64,000 nt of DNA from an uncultured bacterium (GTDB taxonomy: Bacteria; Patescibacteriota; Saccharimonadia; Saccharimonadales; UBA4665), in the NCBI GenBank assembly GCA_963701245.1, contig OY969576.1, positions 208,456 to 272,455 of the forward strand. Reading direction: 5' to 3'. Below the pieces are notes generated by a model that worked only from the letters and a program-made list of their open reading frames with translations, searched no databases and was not told the origin of the DNA. Below are positions 24,550-36,423 of this stretch, one piece after another; the first letter of the stretch is position 1, and the number at the start of each line of letters is the position of its first letter. The translations under genes were made by a program, and so were the position numbers.

Positions 24550-26103
24550 GTGAGTGACTTATCGATTAATACGTTAGCGGATGATATCCGGACAGCGATA
24601 CATGGATTAAAAGTACGTCCGGAAATAGAAGATGTCGGAATTGTAACCCGAGTTGGTGACGGTATTGCCTGGATCTATGGCCTACGAAAGTGTGGCTACA
24701 ATGAAATGCTTGATATTGAAGGAGCTGATGGTCAAACCGTGACTGCGTTTGCCTTCAACCTTGGAGAAGATGAAATTGGTGCGGTAATGCTCGGAGCCGA
24801 CGAGTCCGTTAAAGCTGGCGCTACAGTGCGATTGTCTGGAAGGGTGCTAGAAGTACCAGTTGGACCTGAGCTAGTCGGACGTGTGGTTGATCCCCTTGGT
24901 AATGTCTTAGACGGCGGTGAGCCGCTAAAACGAACGCAGACTAGCCGCGTCGAACGACCGGCACCGGGTGTCTTGGCCCGTAAAAGCGTCCATGAACCGA
25001 TGATGACCGGGTTAGTTGCGATTGATGCAATGGTACCAATTGGTCGAGGTCAGCGTGAGTTAATAATTGGCGATCGTCAAACTGGGAAAACAGCTATTGC
25101 GGTGGATACGATGGTAAACCAAGGACGTCAGAAAACCGGTATCATCAATGTCTATGTGGCTATTGGACAAAAATTATCGAAGATTGCTGCACTTCAGGAA
25201 CGTTTAAAGCGTGAAGGCGTGATGGATCAAACGATTATTGTGGCGACCAGCCCAGCTGATCCTGCCGCCCTGCTCTACCTCGCACCGTATGCCGGTTGTG
25301 CTATGGGTGAGTATTTCCGTGATAACAAACAGCATGCCCTAATTATCTATGACGATCTGTCAAAACATGCAGCGGCTTATCGACAGATGTCCCTTTTGCT
25401 GCGTCGTCCACCAGGACGCGAGGCGTATCCAGGAGATGTCTTTTACTTGCATTCCCGTTTATTGGAACGAGCAGCTAAATTAAATGATGAACTTGGAGCC
25501 GGTTCATTAACGGCACTACCGATTATTGAAACGCAGGCTGGTGAAATAAGTGCCTACATTCCAACCAACGTCATTTCGATTACTGATGGTCAGATTTTTC
25601 TTGATACCAGTTTGTTCTATCAAGGTATCCGGCCAGCGATTTCCGTCGGGACGTCAGTATCGCGAGTGGGAGGTAATGCTCAAAGTAAAGCAATTAAGGC
25701 AGCAGGTGGTGGATTAAAATTAGCCCTTGCTCAGTTCCGTGAGCTCGCGGCATTTAGTCAGTTTTCGACTGATCTTGATCCTGAGACTAGACATACCATT
25801 GAACGCGGCCAACGGTTGACTGAACTATTAAAACAGCCTCAGTTTTCTCCGTATTCTATTTGGGAGATGTATGCGATCCTGTACTCTGCAACCAATGGCG
25901 CCTTTGACAAAGTTCCATTGAATAAAATTGAGACCGCCAAAGACTCATTACTTAGAGAGCTGAAGTCAAAGCACGAAAAACTGATTACTGCGTTAAACAC
26001 TGGCGATAAACCAACAGATGATCAAAATTCGGATCTCATGGAAGTCGCTGAGTCAATTGCCCGTAGTTATGAGGATAAACCTAAGCCAAGCGCGACAAAG
26101 TAA
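24550..26103 (+). CDS. atpA: F-type ATP synthase subunit alpha
   Basis: GDRQTGKT Walker A motif, plus the LLLRRPPGREAYPGDVFYLHSRLLERAA block. Confidence 0.95.
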   Translation: MSDLSINTLADDIRTAIHGLKVRPEIEDVGIVTRVGDGIAWIYGLRKCGYNEMLDIEGADGQTVTAFAFNLGEDEIGAVMLGADESVKAGATVRLSGRVLEVPVGPELVGRVVDPLGNVLDGGEPLKRTQTSRVERPAPGVLARKSVHEPMMTGLVAIDAMVPIGRGQRELIIGDRQTGKTAIAVDTMVNQGRQKTGIINVYVAIGQKLSKIAALQERLKREGVMDQTIIVATSPADPAALLYLAPYAGCAMGEYFRDNKQHALIIYDDLSKHAAAYRQMSLLLRRPPGREAYPGDVFYLHSRLLERAAKLNDELGAGSLTALPIIETQAGEISAYIPTNVISITDGQIFLDTSLFYQGIRPAISVGTSVSRVGGNAQSKAIKAAGGGLKLALAQFRELAAFSQFSTDLDPETRHTIERGQRLTELLKQPQFSPYSIWEMYAILYSATNGAFDKVPLNKIETAKDSLLRELKSKHEKLITALNTGDKPTDDQNSDLMEVAESIARSYEDKPKPSATK

Positions 26104-26125
26104 TTTGGAAATGTATTCATAAAGT

Positions 26126-26989
26126 ATGGCCAGCACGATAACCCTAAAACGACGGATAACGTCAATAAAGAACACCCGCCAGATTACCAAGGCGATGGAA
26201 CTGGTGAGTGCATCTAAATTACGACGAGCCCAAGAATATGCTGTTCGTAGCCGCGCGTACCACGAGTTGGCTAATGATCTATTAGCTCGTCTGAATGCAA
26301 TGTCCGAAGTTGAGAGACAGCCACTGTTTATTAAACGACCAATCAAACGTCGCTTGTGTGTGGTCATAACTAGTAGTAGTGGACTAGCTGGTGCCTATAA
26401 TGCCAACGTGCTCAAACTCCTTACTAAAAAATTACGAGAAGATCAGACAAATCAGATCAAAGATCAAATTATTACCATCGGTAGTAAAGGTGCACAGTTT
26501 GTTCGTCGGCTTGAAGAGGTCGAATTAAACGCCGTTTACCCTGCCTTTGGCGATCGTCCTACGGTTAATGATGTGCGGCCGATTCTGAACACTATCATTG
26601 ATGAATATAGAACTGGCAATGTCGATAGTGTAGATTTGTTCTATACGGTATTTAAGTCGACCGTCGTACAGAAAAGTCAGGATTTTCAATTGCTTCCTGT
26701 GTCGACTGAGCCCTCACCAAGCAAAACAGCTGCCTTCAGTAATTTTGAGCCAGATGTCGAGACAGTCATTGAACAAACCGCAACCAGGTTAATTGAAGCC
26801 CAAGTCTGGCAAGCTGTATTAGAAAGCTTAGCATCCGAACATGCCATGCGAATGGTGGCTATGAAAAATGCCTCTGATAACGCCAAAGACTTAATTGACG
26901 ATTATACCCTTGAGTTAAACACTGCCCGTCAAGCCAGTATTACTCAAGAATTAGCCGAGATAACCGGCGGTGCAGAGGCACTGAAATGA
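26126..26989 (+). CDS. atpG: F-type ATP synthase subunit gamma
   Basis: N-terminal IKNTRQITKAMELVSASKLRRAQ and C-terminal ARQASITQELAEITGGAEAL. Confidence 0.95.
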   Translation: MASTITLKRRITSIKNTRQITKAMELVSASKLRRAQEYAVRSRAYHELANDLLARLNAMSEVERQPLFIKRPIKRRLCVVITSSSGLAGAYNANVLKLLTKKLREDQTNQIKDQIITIGSKGAQFVRRLEEVELNAVYPAFGDRPTVNDVRPILNTIIDEYRTGNVDSVDLFYTVFKSTVVQKSQDFQLLPVSTEPSPSKTAAFSNFEPDVETVIEQTATRLIEAQVWQAVLESLASEHAMRMVAMKNASDNAKDLIDDYTLELNTARQASITQELAEITGGAEALK

Positions 26990-27023
26990 GCAGCGACAAA
27001 TATTCGACTTTGAAAGGAGATAA

Positions 27024-28423
<1,400 letters not shown>

Positions 28424-28424
<1 letters not shown>

Positions 28425-28852
28425 TGTTTCGATTTCGTTTAGTGGCTATTTCAGGTGTGAAATATGATGACCAAGTCGCTGAGGTCATATTACCGACATT
28501 AGACGGCGAAATCGGCGTCTTGCAAGACCATATGCCGCTGGTCAGCGTTGCCACCAATGGAGCGATTGCGATTCGTAAGCAAGCCAAAGATTCAGACTTA
28601 GCTCGAGAATATTTTGCCACAAACGGTGGTGTGATTGAGGTTGCCGATAATGAACTACGAGTACTTGTTGATGAGGCTGACAATGCCGAAGATATTAATG
28701 AAGACGAAGAACAACGGGCAATGGAGCGAGCTCAGGAAATAAAAGCTGAAGCCAAAGACGAAGTGAGTTTAGAACACGCCCAGCAGCTCGTGGATCGCTC
28801 AGCAGTACGATTACAAGTCGCCACCCTCAAACGACGTCACCAGAAACACTAA
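28424..28852 (+). CDS. atpC: F-type ATP synthase subunit epsilon
   Basis: Operon position. LPTLDGEIGVLQDHMPLV block. GTG start overlaps the atpD stop. Confidence 0.85.
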
Positions 28853-29257
28853 TTTATTTTTCAATACAGCCGTACAAAAAGCACACCGTTTGGCACCTAC
28901 TGAAATTTCACTCAAACATTCCGGACATTCTTTTGTTTTTACCTCAACGGTTTTATTCCGATTGGCGTAAGCGACTAATTTGTTAATTGGCTGAATGACA
29001 AAAAAGAAAATGACTGACGCGATAATTAGAAACGAAATGACAGCATTGATAAAATCGCCGTATAAAATTCTGCTGTGATTAATTGTAAAATAAAGATTCG
29101 AAAAATCTGGCTTACCAGCGATTGCTGCAATTAGTGGTGTCAATACGTCTTTTACTAGCGCCGTTATAATGGCCCCAAAAGCAGCACCAATAACGACTGC
29201 AACGGCCAAGTCTACGGTATTGCCTCGTAATATAAAATTCTTGAATTCTTTAAACAT
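28811..29257 (-). CDS. mscL: Large-conductance mechanosensitive channel MscL with C-terminal zinc-ribbon tail
   Basis: MFKEFKNFILRGNTVDLAVAVVIGAAFG... N-terminus, with C-terminal CPEC...CAFC. The 3' end overlaps atpC by 42 nt. Confidence 0.85.
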   Translation of the reverse strand: MFKEFKNFILRGNTVDLAVAVVIGAAFGAIITALVKDVLTPLIAAIAGKPDFSNLYFTINHSRILYGDFINAVISFLIIASVIFFFVIQPINKLVAYANRNKTVEVKTKECPECLSEISVGAKRCAFCTAVLKNKLVFLVTSFEGGDL

Positions 29258-29344
29258 TATTATCTGTATTGAAGCATGTATGTGTTATTGTCACAAGTAA
29301 ATTACTAGCACACTTGCATAATATGCTCTACTATACTATCGACT

Positions 29345-29839
29345 ATGAGTTCTTCTCTGCGTAAGCCACTAATTATTGTGTCACTGATTGCGATTATTGG
29401 CATTGCCATTGCTGGATTGTTTTTAACGCAGCATACACAAAAACCGGCGGTCGTTACAAAAACTGGATGTGTGACTCAAAATCTTGCAGTCGGCAGTAAC
29501 AGCAGCTGCGTGTTATATGCCAAGACAATGGTCGATTATATTGAAACTGCAGGTCTAAACGAATGCTCGTTTACTGGTGGACAAGTAGTGCCATTAAATA
29601 ACGATTACGACACCGCTACAGCACAACAAATTAAAGTCGTGCAGACGTGGATAAATTGTTATAACAAACAAGAAGGATCAACGCAGACAATAGCCGAAAA
29701 TGGATCTGTAAATAGTACGACATGGATGGTGTTATGTTCCTATGGATTTAGTTTTCCAAAGCAATCACATTCGACCACTTCTCCCTATCACTATCAGACA
29801 ATTAGTGCTGGTCAAGACGCTGGTTGTGAGACCGAATAA
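29345..29839 (+). CDS. Hypothetical membrane-anchored, Cys-containing exported protein
   Basis: N-terminal TM/signal anchor. No family recognised. Confidence 0.5.
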   Translation: MSSSLRKPLIIVSLIAIIGIAIAGLFLTQHTQKPAVVTKTGCVTQNLAVGSNSSCVLYAKTMVDYIETAGLNECSFTGGQVVPLNNDYDTATAQQIKVVQTWINCYNKQEGSTQTIAENGSVNSTTWMVLCSYGFSFPKQSHSTTSPYHYQTISAGQDAGCETE

Positions 29840-29943
29840 TACAGAAATTGTTTGAGATATAATTTGCAGAAAAGTACTGCTCTTTACAAAAGCAATTATT
29901 CACGATAATCTTATGTCATTACATAAGTGGAGGTTTTAAAGTA

Positions 29944-30690
29944 ATGTTCGGAAAACGAAAAGCAGCTATGTTGGTGGCTGAGTTTTTAGGAACTGGAATC
30001 CTGACACTGTTGGTTCTTAGTGTTCAGCGATCAACAATAGGCGTACCATTCTTTGTTGCAACTGCAGCTGGTTTGGTAGTTGCCGCTATGGTTATGGCGG
30101 TCGGTAGTGTTTCGGGTGCACATTTGAACCCGGCGATATCAATTGCAATGTGGACGGCTCGCAAGCTCTCAACATTGAGTGCGGTCATGTACATCGTCAT
30201 GCAGCTTCTTGGTGCATATGGCGCGTACTGGCTCTACACTTATTTTGTAAACAGTCACTTACAATCAATCGGTGGTCACTTTAGCGGACGCATTTTAGCT
30301 GCTGAAGCAGCCGGTGCACTGCTGTTTGGTTTTGCTTGGGCAGCAGCCGTATACCAGAAATTCACTGTTGCAACTACTGCCGCTGTTGCTGGTATCGCCT
30401 ACATGTTGGCAATCATTGCCGCATCGTCTGCCTCAATCGGCCTCGTTAACCCAGCACTCGCCCTAGGAGTAAAAGCCTGGGTTTGGGGAACCTACGTACT
30501 TGGTCCTATTCTAGGTGCAATCATAGGTGTCAATCTTTACGGCTTACTATTTGCGCCAGCCGCGGATGAAGGTGCCGTAGCAAAAGCTGCGGTCACACCG
30601 TCTGCTAAGGCCTCGGTAGCTTCAACAACTACTAAAGCAACTGCCAAAAAACCAGCTGCCAAAAAAAGATCTCCAGCAAAAAAGAAATAA
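29944..30690 (+). CDS. MIP/aquaporin-family channel with Lys/Ala-rich tail
   Basis: Two NPA boxes (HLNPAISIA, VNPALALG). C-terminal AKKPAAKKRSPAKKK. Confidence 0.85.
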   Translation: MFGKRKAAMLVAEFLGTGILTLLVLSVQRSTIGVPFFVATAAGLVVAAMVMAVGSVSGAHLNPAISIAMWTARKLSTLSAVMYIVMQLLGAYGAYWLYTYFVNSHLQSIGGHFSGRILAAEAAGALLFGFAWAAAVYQKFTVATTAAVAGIAYMLAIIAASSASIGLVNPALALGVKAWVWGTYVLGPILGAIIGVNLYGLLFAPAADEGAVAKAAVTPSAKASVASTTTKATAKKPAAKKRSPAKKK

Positions 30691-30709
30691 AGTCAAAAAA
30701 TATAGAATA

Positions 30710-30740
30710 AAAAGAACTGGTGTATATAGCCAGTTCTTTT
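30710..30740. terminator. Bidirectional stem-loop between convergent genes
   Basis: AAAAGAACTGG-TGTATATAG-CCAGTTCTTTT. An 11-bp perfect stem flanked by A and T runs. Confidence 0.7.
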
Positions 30741-33700
30741 TATACGTTTTCTTTAAGTAAATCAGTAATAAATAATTGTGATCCTTCATAGTCTTGGGAG
30801 TAGCCCGAGATGTCAGGAAAGTCTAGTTCGATAATGTGTCCAAAAACGATTTGAATGAGTTTCTTCAAGTCCGATATTTCATTTGGTGATGGTGTATATG
30901 AACGAATTAATTTGTTCGGTTCATCGGCTTCAACATACACCATTTGTCCGCTTATTGACATGTCATTAGTAAAGCGTGGATACTCACTGGCTAGGATTGC
31001 ATAAAAAATTAGTTGCAACTTATGATTGTAGGCTTTTTCAATAATGGTCGCGTCTTTCGTATCAAATCGTGGCAGTGGTTTGCCGGTCTTATAATCGACA
31101 ATGATCATATTTTCTTCTGTAAGATCAATACGATCTAGTTTGCCACGAATTCTAGCGTTTCCAAGTCGAATATCTCGAATGTCTTGTTCCGGCAAACTTC
31201 CCTTTATGAGTGAGTAGCCATACTCGTTGAACAAGGTTTTGATGAGTTGTTCGCCCTGCCGTTTAAAACGGAGATATTCACCTTGAGTTAATTGCTGTAA
31301 TTCTAAGGCGTTGGTAAATACTTCTGTCGTCTGGGCAATCGAAAAGTTACCTAAGTTTGTTTGTTTCTGGGCAAATTCCATGGCACTATGAACTGCCGTT
31401 CCATAGCCGAGATTCGGTGATTTAGCTTCTGGCAGTAAAAGTAAATTGCGTTCTTTAAAATAGCGTGGCCCGCCTTTTGAGATGTTTATAAAGTTTAAAA
31501 GATGCGTCACACTTAAGCTGTAGTGCTCTAATTTTGCCTGCAACAAGGCACTTTCTAAACCCTTCTCCATAACCGGCCAGTGTAGATTTGCCTCCAAAAC
31601 AGCTGTTAAAACGGCTTCTCGCGTCTCCGTGACTTGCTCGATACTAAATGCAGTTTGAATGATTGAGCTGGTGGCAACTTGTTTACCAACATGATCCAAG
31701 TAATACGAAGTAATGGTAAGGTTATTTTTTGCCCGTGTGGCGGCAACGTATAGCAAACGTACGTAATCGTTGATGTCGTCACCGACTGGTTGCAACGGTA
31801 AGTTAGCCGGAGGTTTTCGATTGCCAGCCCGTGGTCGCCAATTGTCCTCAATCGCATCAATGATGTAGACATCATCAAATTCGAGCCCCTTAGCTTTGTG
31901 GACGGTTAATAATTGGACGGCTTGATGGCCGGTAATAAAGGGTGATTCGTCAGCAACAATGAGGTTATTGGTGGTATGAATATCAATAAAGCGAACCAGA
32001 TCTTTGAGCGAAGGAATTGGACTCGCACCAAATTCGTGTACGAGTGATCGCAACAATTGGACGGCCGATAAGCTTTGAAAGTACGTAGAAATTCTCTCTT
32101 CGTCACCACTGAGATAGTACTGCTTCATTGGCGATTGATAATTTTTGGTATGACGAAGTCCGATCAAATACTCAAGAATGACGGCTAGCGGCTGTTCTTC
32201 TGCTTCGGAAGCAAGCCAGCCTAGCCATCGACCAAAAGTACGTAGCTGCTCATCTTCATGAACTATCAGGCAACCGTACCAGTCTTGGGTTATGAAATTT
32301 TCAACAGCTAGTTGCCATAGTAGCTCCGGATTAAAACCCCATTGAGGGTGACGGATAATTTGATGCAGTAAGGCGTTGGAGTGTGCCTTATCACCACTTT
32401 GGATTGCTAACAGTGTTTGGCAGAGAAGATAAATTTGCTGAATTATATCGAGTTCAAGAATATTGTGTGATTGTTCATAACGTATGGGGACACCTGCTTG
32501 ATCAAGCATACCGGCCATTTTTACAAGGCTTTCATTATTGCGGGCTAACACGGCAATTGACCGACTGGGAGCATAGCTTTTGGCTATCTGCTCCACTACC
32601 CGACTGAACTGCAACTCACGTGATGCATAACTCAACGCCTGAATTTGACTTGAAGCAGAGCTATTGTCGCGCACCGCAAGTAATTCCTTTCGCAAATCAT
32701 GACGCACATTGACCATTCGATTGTCGGCCTGCTCAATAATTCGTGTTGCGCCATCAAGAATTAGTTGACTGGATCGATAATTCTTTTTGAGTATGATCGT
32801 GCGTGCCGACTGGTAGCGACGGGAAAAACCGAGCATATTGTTTAATTCCGCACCACTAAATTTATAAATTGCTTGATCGTCGTCACCGACAACCATGAGA
32901 TTTGGTTGTCCATCGAGGGTATGATGATCAGCAACCAAATGCGCTAATCGAAGTTGGGCAGGTGTGGTGTCCTGAAACTCATCGATCAGGACGTAGTTAA
33001 ACCGTTCCTGTACATCAGCTAACATATCAGGTCGTGCTTCCAGCTGAGTATTTACTTCTACGATCATATCGGCATAATCGTAAAAACCGCGCTCATGCAT
33101 GAGGTTAAGATACGACTCATATATGTCGGCTAGTTCCCTCCACCACGTATTTCTTCGCCGTTCAGCCAGCATGCCACCAGCGTTTCCTTCAACTTGATAC
33201 CATCGTTTTTTCCATAGACTGACATGAGTATGCTTGGCGGTATCTAAATCCTGTTCGGTGGCTTCATTAAAAGACTCTTTAATGACGGTTGAGAGTGAAA
33301 GTAAAGGATAGACAAATTCATCAATAGATTGGTCGGGTAGTTTTGGTATGGCAGCCTGAAGTGTCGATACTTGCTGGGCCGTCAGACGAGGCTCTAACAA
33401 ATTTGCGAGCTTCGGTTCAATGACATCTATATAGGCAAGATTATAGTCAATGATGGCTCTCAGTTTGGCCGGTGTCAAACCGGCTTCTTTGGCGAGTCCA
33501 ATCGCCCTTCGAATTTCGCTAATAAGCGTATATTGGCCGGCAAACTTTAGTGCCAGGGGATGGTCGAGGGGTAATTGCACAAGTATTGATTCAATAATCT
33601 CAAGCTGTACTGAATCGGGCGCAACTGAAAGTCTGGCTGCGTTCCAAAAATAATCCGGGTAGATATTCATTAATTCTCCAGCAAAGCTATGAAAAGTTTT

Positions 33701-33967
33701 AACCGGCAAACGAGCCCCTTCGGTGCCTGCCAATTGGATAATGCGCTCTTTCATATTGATGGCTGCTTTGTTGGTGTACGTTAGGCAAAGCACATTCGCT
33801 GCTTTTGTGTCAGTTGCGCGTAAGATGTTTGCGACTCGAGTACTGAGTAGTTGTGTTTTACCGGTTCCTGGTCCAGCAATCACCAGCAGTGGTCCGTCAA
33901 TGGTATCAACAGCTTGACGTTGCTCTGAATTAAGCTGCCGGTAAGCAGCATCATACTCCGAAGACAT
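30740..33967 (-). CDS. UvrD/PcrA/AddA-like helicase fused to a PD-(D/E)xK nuclease domain
   Basis: GPGTGKT Walker A, DEFQDT, VGDDDQAIYKFSGA, TVHKAKGLEFD and VAATRAK helicase motifs. C-terminal GKLDRID...VDYKTGK nuclease motif. Confidence 0.85.
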   Translation of the reverse strand: MSSEYDAAYRQLNSEQRQAVDTIDGPLLVIAGPGTGKTQLLSTRVANILRATDTKAANVLCLTYTNKAAINMKERIIQLAGTEGARLPVKTFHSFAGELMNIYPDYFWNAARLSVAPDSVQLEIIESILVQLPLDHPLALKFAGQYTLISEIRRAIGLAKEAGLTPAKLRAIIDYNLAYIDVIEPKLANLLEPRLTAQQVSTLQAAIPKLPDQSIDEFVYPLLSLSTVIKESFNEATEQDLDTAKHTHVSLWKKRWYQVEGNAGGMLAERRRNTWWRELADIYESYLNLMHERGFYDYADMIVEVNTQLEARPDMLADVQERFNYVLIDEFQDTTPAQLRLAHLVADHHTLDGQPNLMVVGDDDQAIYKFSGAELNNMLGFSRRYQSARTIILKKNYRSSQLILDGATRIIEQADNRMVNVRHDLRKELLAVRDNSSASSQIQALSYASRELQFSRVVEQIAKSYAPSRSIAVLARNNESLVKMAGMLDQAGVPIRYEQSHNILELDIIQQIYLLCQTLLAIQSGDKAHSNALLHQIIRHPQWGFNPELLWQLAVENFITQDWYGCLIVHEDEQLRTFGRWLGWLASEAEEQPLAVILEYLIGLRHTKNYQSPMKQYYLSGDEERISTYFQSLSAVQLLRSLVHEFGASPIPSLKDLVRFIDIHTTNNLIVADESPFITGHQAVQLLTVHKAKGLEFDDVYIIDAIEDNWRPRAGNRKPPANLPLQPVGDDINDYVRLLYVAATRAKNNLTITSYYLDHVGKQVATSSIIQTAFSIEQVTETREAVLTAVLEANLHWPVMEKGLESALLQAKLEHYSLSVTHLLNFINISKGGPRYFKERNLLLLPEAKSPNLGYGTAVHSAMEFAQKQTNLGNFSIAQTTEVFTNALELQQLTQGEYLRFKRQGEQLIKTLFNEYGYSLIKGSLPEQDIRDIRLGNARIRGKLDRIDLTEENMIIVDYKTGKPLPRFDTKDATIIEKAYNHKLQLIFYAILASEYPRFTNDMSISGQMVYVEADEPNKLIRSYTPSPNEISDLKKLIQIVFGHIIELDFPDISGYSQDYEGSQLFITDLLKENV

Positions 33968-34014
33968 GCACCTATTGTACTCTGCTTCGGTAGTTGAAGA
34001 GGAGTGGCAAAGCG

Positions 34015-35217
34015 TTATAAATTGGTATGAGACTCAGCAATTGTGCAGACCACGCAATCGTCTTGCATGCTAAACTCACTGAACCACTGTTTTGATGCAG
34101 TGTACCATGGTTCAAGATCATGAAAACCAACGAAATCTGCTGCTTCTCGCAATAACCATCCCAGACGTCCATAAAAACGGAGTTTCCCCCAACATACGGC
34201 TGCCCATTTTGGACCGGCAGGAATAATGGTAATCGGTGCTTTTACTTTGTAGCTGTCGAAAGCTTTTCCGGCTTGTCGTTTTTTCAAGTTTCTGGCAACA
34301 AAACTTCCATCTCGAAGTGCGGTTTGTGCGAGTCCGCTGTAGGGGGTGTTGGCATTATCACCGATCACATAAATGTTATCTTCAGCTTGTAAGTAGACGT
34401 CGACCGCGACTTTACCCCGTTTCGTCACGACAAATTGGTTGGCGGTAAAGAACGGATGGTTCGTCACTCCTGCAGTCCAGACGACTGTATGGCTGCTAAT
34501 TGGCTTGCCGCTCACGGTAAGTTCATCGGCCGTTTCCCCTTGCACGACACTGCCGACATATAATGATATACCGAGTCGTTTGAGCTGTCTTTTCACTAGC
34601 CGAGAGGTATCTTTTGGTAAACGTGGCAATAAACGAGGTGCTGCTTCAATGAGATCGATATGGATCTTGCGCGGTTCCAAACCATGATTTTTGATGATTC
34701 TGTTCAGGTAACCAGGGAGCGCACCAGCTAATTCAATACCGGTTGGTCCGGCACCAATAATGACATAATTGAGATCCGGTTTATGCTCATCAGTTAATTG
34801 TTTATGCAAGTGTGTTTTAAAACGTGCCACTTCATTTTGTGTCTTGATGCTATAGGAAAATTCACTTAAACCGTTAATACCAAAATAATTTGTCACAACG
34901 CCAAGTCCCAAAATTAAAGTATCATATGGCAGTACTTTGCCATCTTCAGTGGTGATTGTTTTTGCCTTACGGTCAAGAGTGATAGCCGTACCATTCACGA
35001 CTTCAATCTTTTTAGCATGAAAAATTCGGGAAAGCGGAATTGATGAATTGGCTCGCTTTCCACCGGTTGCAGTATGGTAGAGGGTTGGGTAGTACCGAAG
35101 ATCGCTGTCGTCGGATAAAAGTGTTACTTCGAAGTTATCGTCTTCAGCCAGTTCGAGCGCAGCTTTCACGCCGCCGAATCCGCCGCCGACTATTAGAACA
35201 TGAGATATTTGTTTCAC
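34015..35217 (-). CDS. ndh: Type II NADH dehydrogenase (NDH-2)-like flavoprotein
   Basis: VLIVGGGFGG and VIIGAGPTGIELAG dinucleotide folds. About 400 aa. Confidence 0.8.
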   Translation of the reverse strand: MKQISHVLIVGGGFGGVKAALELAEDDNFEVTLLSDDSDLRYYPTLYHTATGGKRANSSIPLSRIFHAKKIEVVNGTAITLDRKAKTITTEDGKVLPYDTLILGLGVVTNYFGINGLSEFSYSIKTQNEVARFKTHLHKQLTDEHKPDLNYVIIGAGPTGIELAGALPGYLNRIIKNHGLEPRKIHIDLIEAAPRLLPRLPKDTSRLVKRQLKRLGISLYVGSVVQGETADELTVSGKPISSHTVVWTAGVTNHPFFTANQFVVTKRGKVAVDVYLQAEDNIYVIGDNANTPYSGLAQTALRDGSFVARNLKKRQAGKAFDSYKVKAPITIIPAGPKWAAVCWGKLRFYGRLGWLLREAADFVGFHDLEPWYTASKQWFSEFSMQDDCVVCTIAESHTNL

Positions 35218-35420
35218 AATGCTTATGATTATACAGAGTCATTTTTAAGAACACCAGTCATATATTGCGTGATTTCTTATCAATAGCCGCTTCATGATAT
35301 AGGCGATACAACACTTTTTGTCTACATAAAAAATAATGTTATTTATACAATTTCTCAGGTACATGGCGTTAAAATAGTGTATGGTAGAGAATATATTTTT
35401 TAAACGTCTCATAGTTAACA

Positions 35421-36419
35421 ATGACCAAACTTAGTCAATCAGGATTTCTTCGAAAAAGCCTTATCCTTATTGTCATTTTGTTCATCATTTTTGGTTTCGG
35501 AAACACTCTCTTCATAAGTCATACGTCAGCTGTATCGGCTGAGCCAGAAGTCCAGTCAGCCATAGAAGGATTTTGCATAACCGACTCGCAGAATAGTAAA
35601 ACGGCAAATGCGGTCGTAGATACAGAGCGATGTGATGATTCTCCGTCTCAAGCATTCACTGTCAATGGAAATACTATTTCAATTGACAATAACTACTGCT
35701 TGGGAGTGGAAAATAGCGGTACTTCAGTAGGTGATCCGGTCGTACTGAACCCTTGTTCGGACATACCTGGTCAAAACTGGGCAGTAGATCTTGGTGGCTA
35801 TCAGAATCCGAATAGTGGTGATTGTCTGACTGTGCCACATAGCCAAACGGAGGTACAACTCACTATCACTTCCTGTCAAAATTTAGATCAGCCGAATCAG
35901 GGTTGGTCAGCAACGCATTACAGTGAGGTCTCCATCTCAAGTAATTCATGCTCGCAGGGCACAGAAGGTCAGCGGGTAGCCTGTAACGCTGAGGTGCAAT
36001 GGTCGCTTTGGCAGGCTAATCCTAATTCACACAATCAGTTATTAAATGAATACACGGATGGCAATAGCTATGAGGAATGGTGTGCAGATTTTGTTAGTTA
36101 CGTCTATAAGATCTCTGGTTATCCTTTGCAAAACGGAGAACGTGATAATTGGGATGAATATAATGCCAACAATCTTGTTAATTTGAATTTTACGATGCAT
36201 GATGCCAGCAGTTATGTGCCCAAACCGGGCGATATTGCGTATTTTGATTATGCCGGTGGACACGTTGAGTTGGTTGTCATAGGAGGGAAGCATCCGACTT
36301 TTATCTATGGCGATTCAGGCACTGCTGATCCTATTACAAATAATGGTGAAATGAATGAAGACATGCTGACCAACGATGGCTCAGCTGGTGGTATCCAATA
36401 TTATCTCTCCCCCAATTAG
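35421..36419 (+). CDS. Secreted lectin-like (ricin-B/QxW-type) + CHAP-domain peptidoglycan hydrolase
   Basis: Signal anchor. Repeated C...D...(Q)xW segments (GQNW, QGW). C-terminal EWCADFVSYVY (Cys) and GDIAYFDYAGGHVELV (His), typical of CHAP. Confidence 0.65.
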   Translation: MTKLSQSGFLRKSLILIVILFIIFGFGNTLFISHTSAVSAEPEVQSAIEGFCITDSQNSKTANAVVDTERCDDSPSQAFTVNGNTISIDNNYCLGVENSGTSVGDPVVLNPCSDIPGQNWAVDLGGYQNPNSGDCLTVPHSQTEVQLTITSCQNLDQPNQGWSATHYSEVSISSNSCSQGTEGQRVACNAEVQWSLWQANPNSHNQLLNEYTDGNSYEEWCADFVSYVYKISGYPLQNGERDNWDEYNANNLVNLNFTMHDASSYVPKPGDIAYFDYAGGHVELVVIGGKHPTFIYGDSGTADPITNNGEMNEDMLTNDGSAGGIQYYLSPN

Positions 36420-36423
36420 AGGG

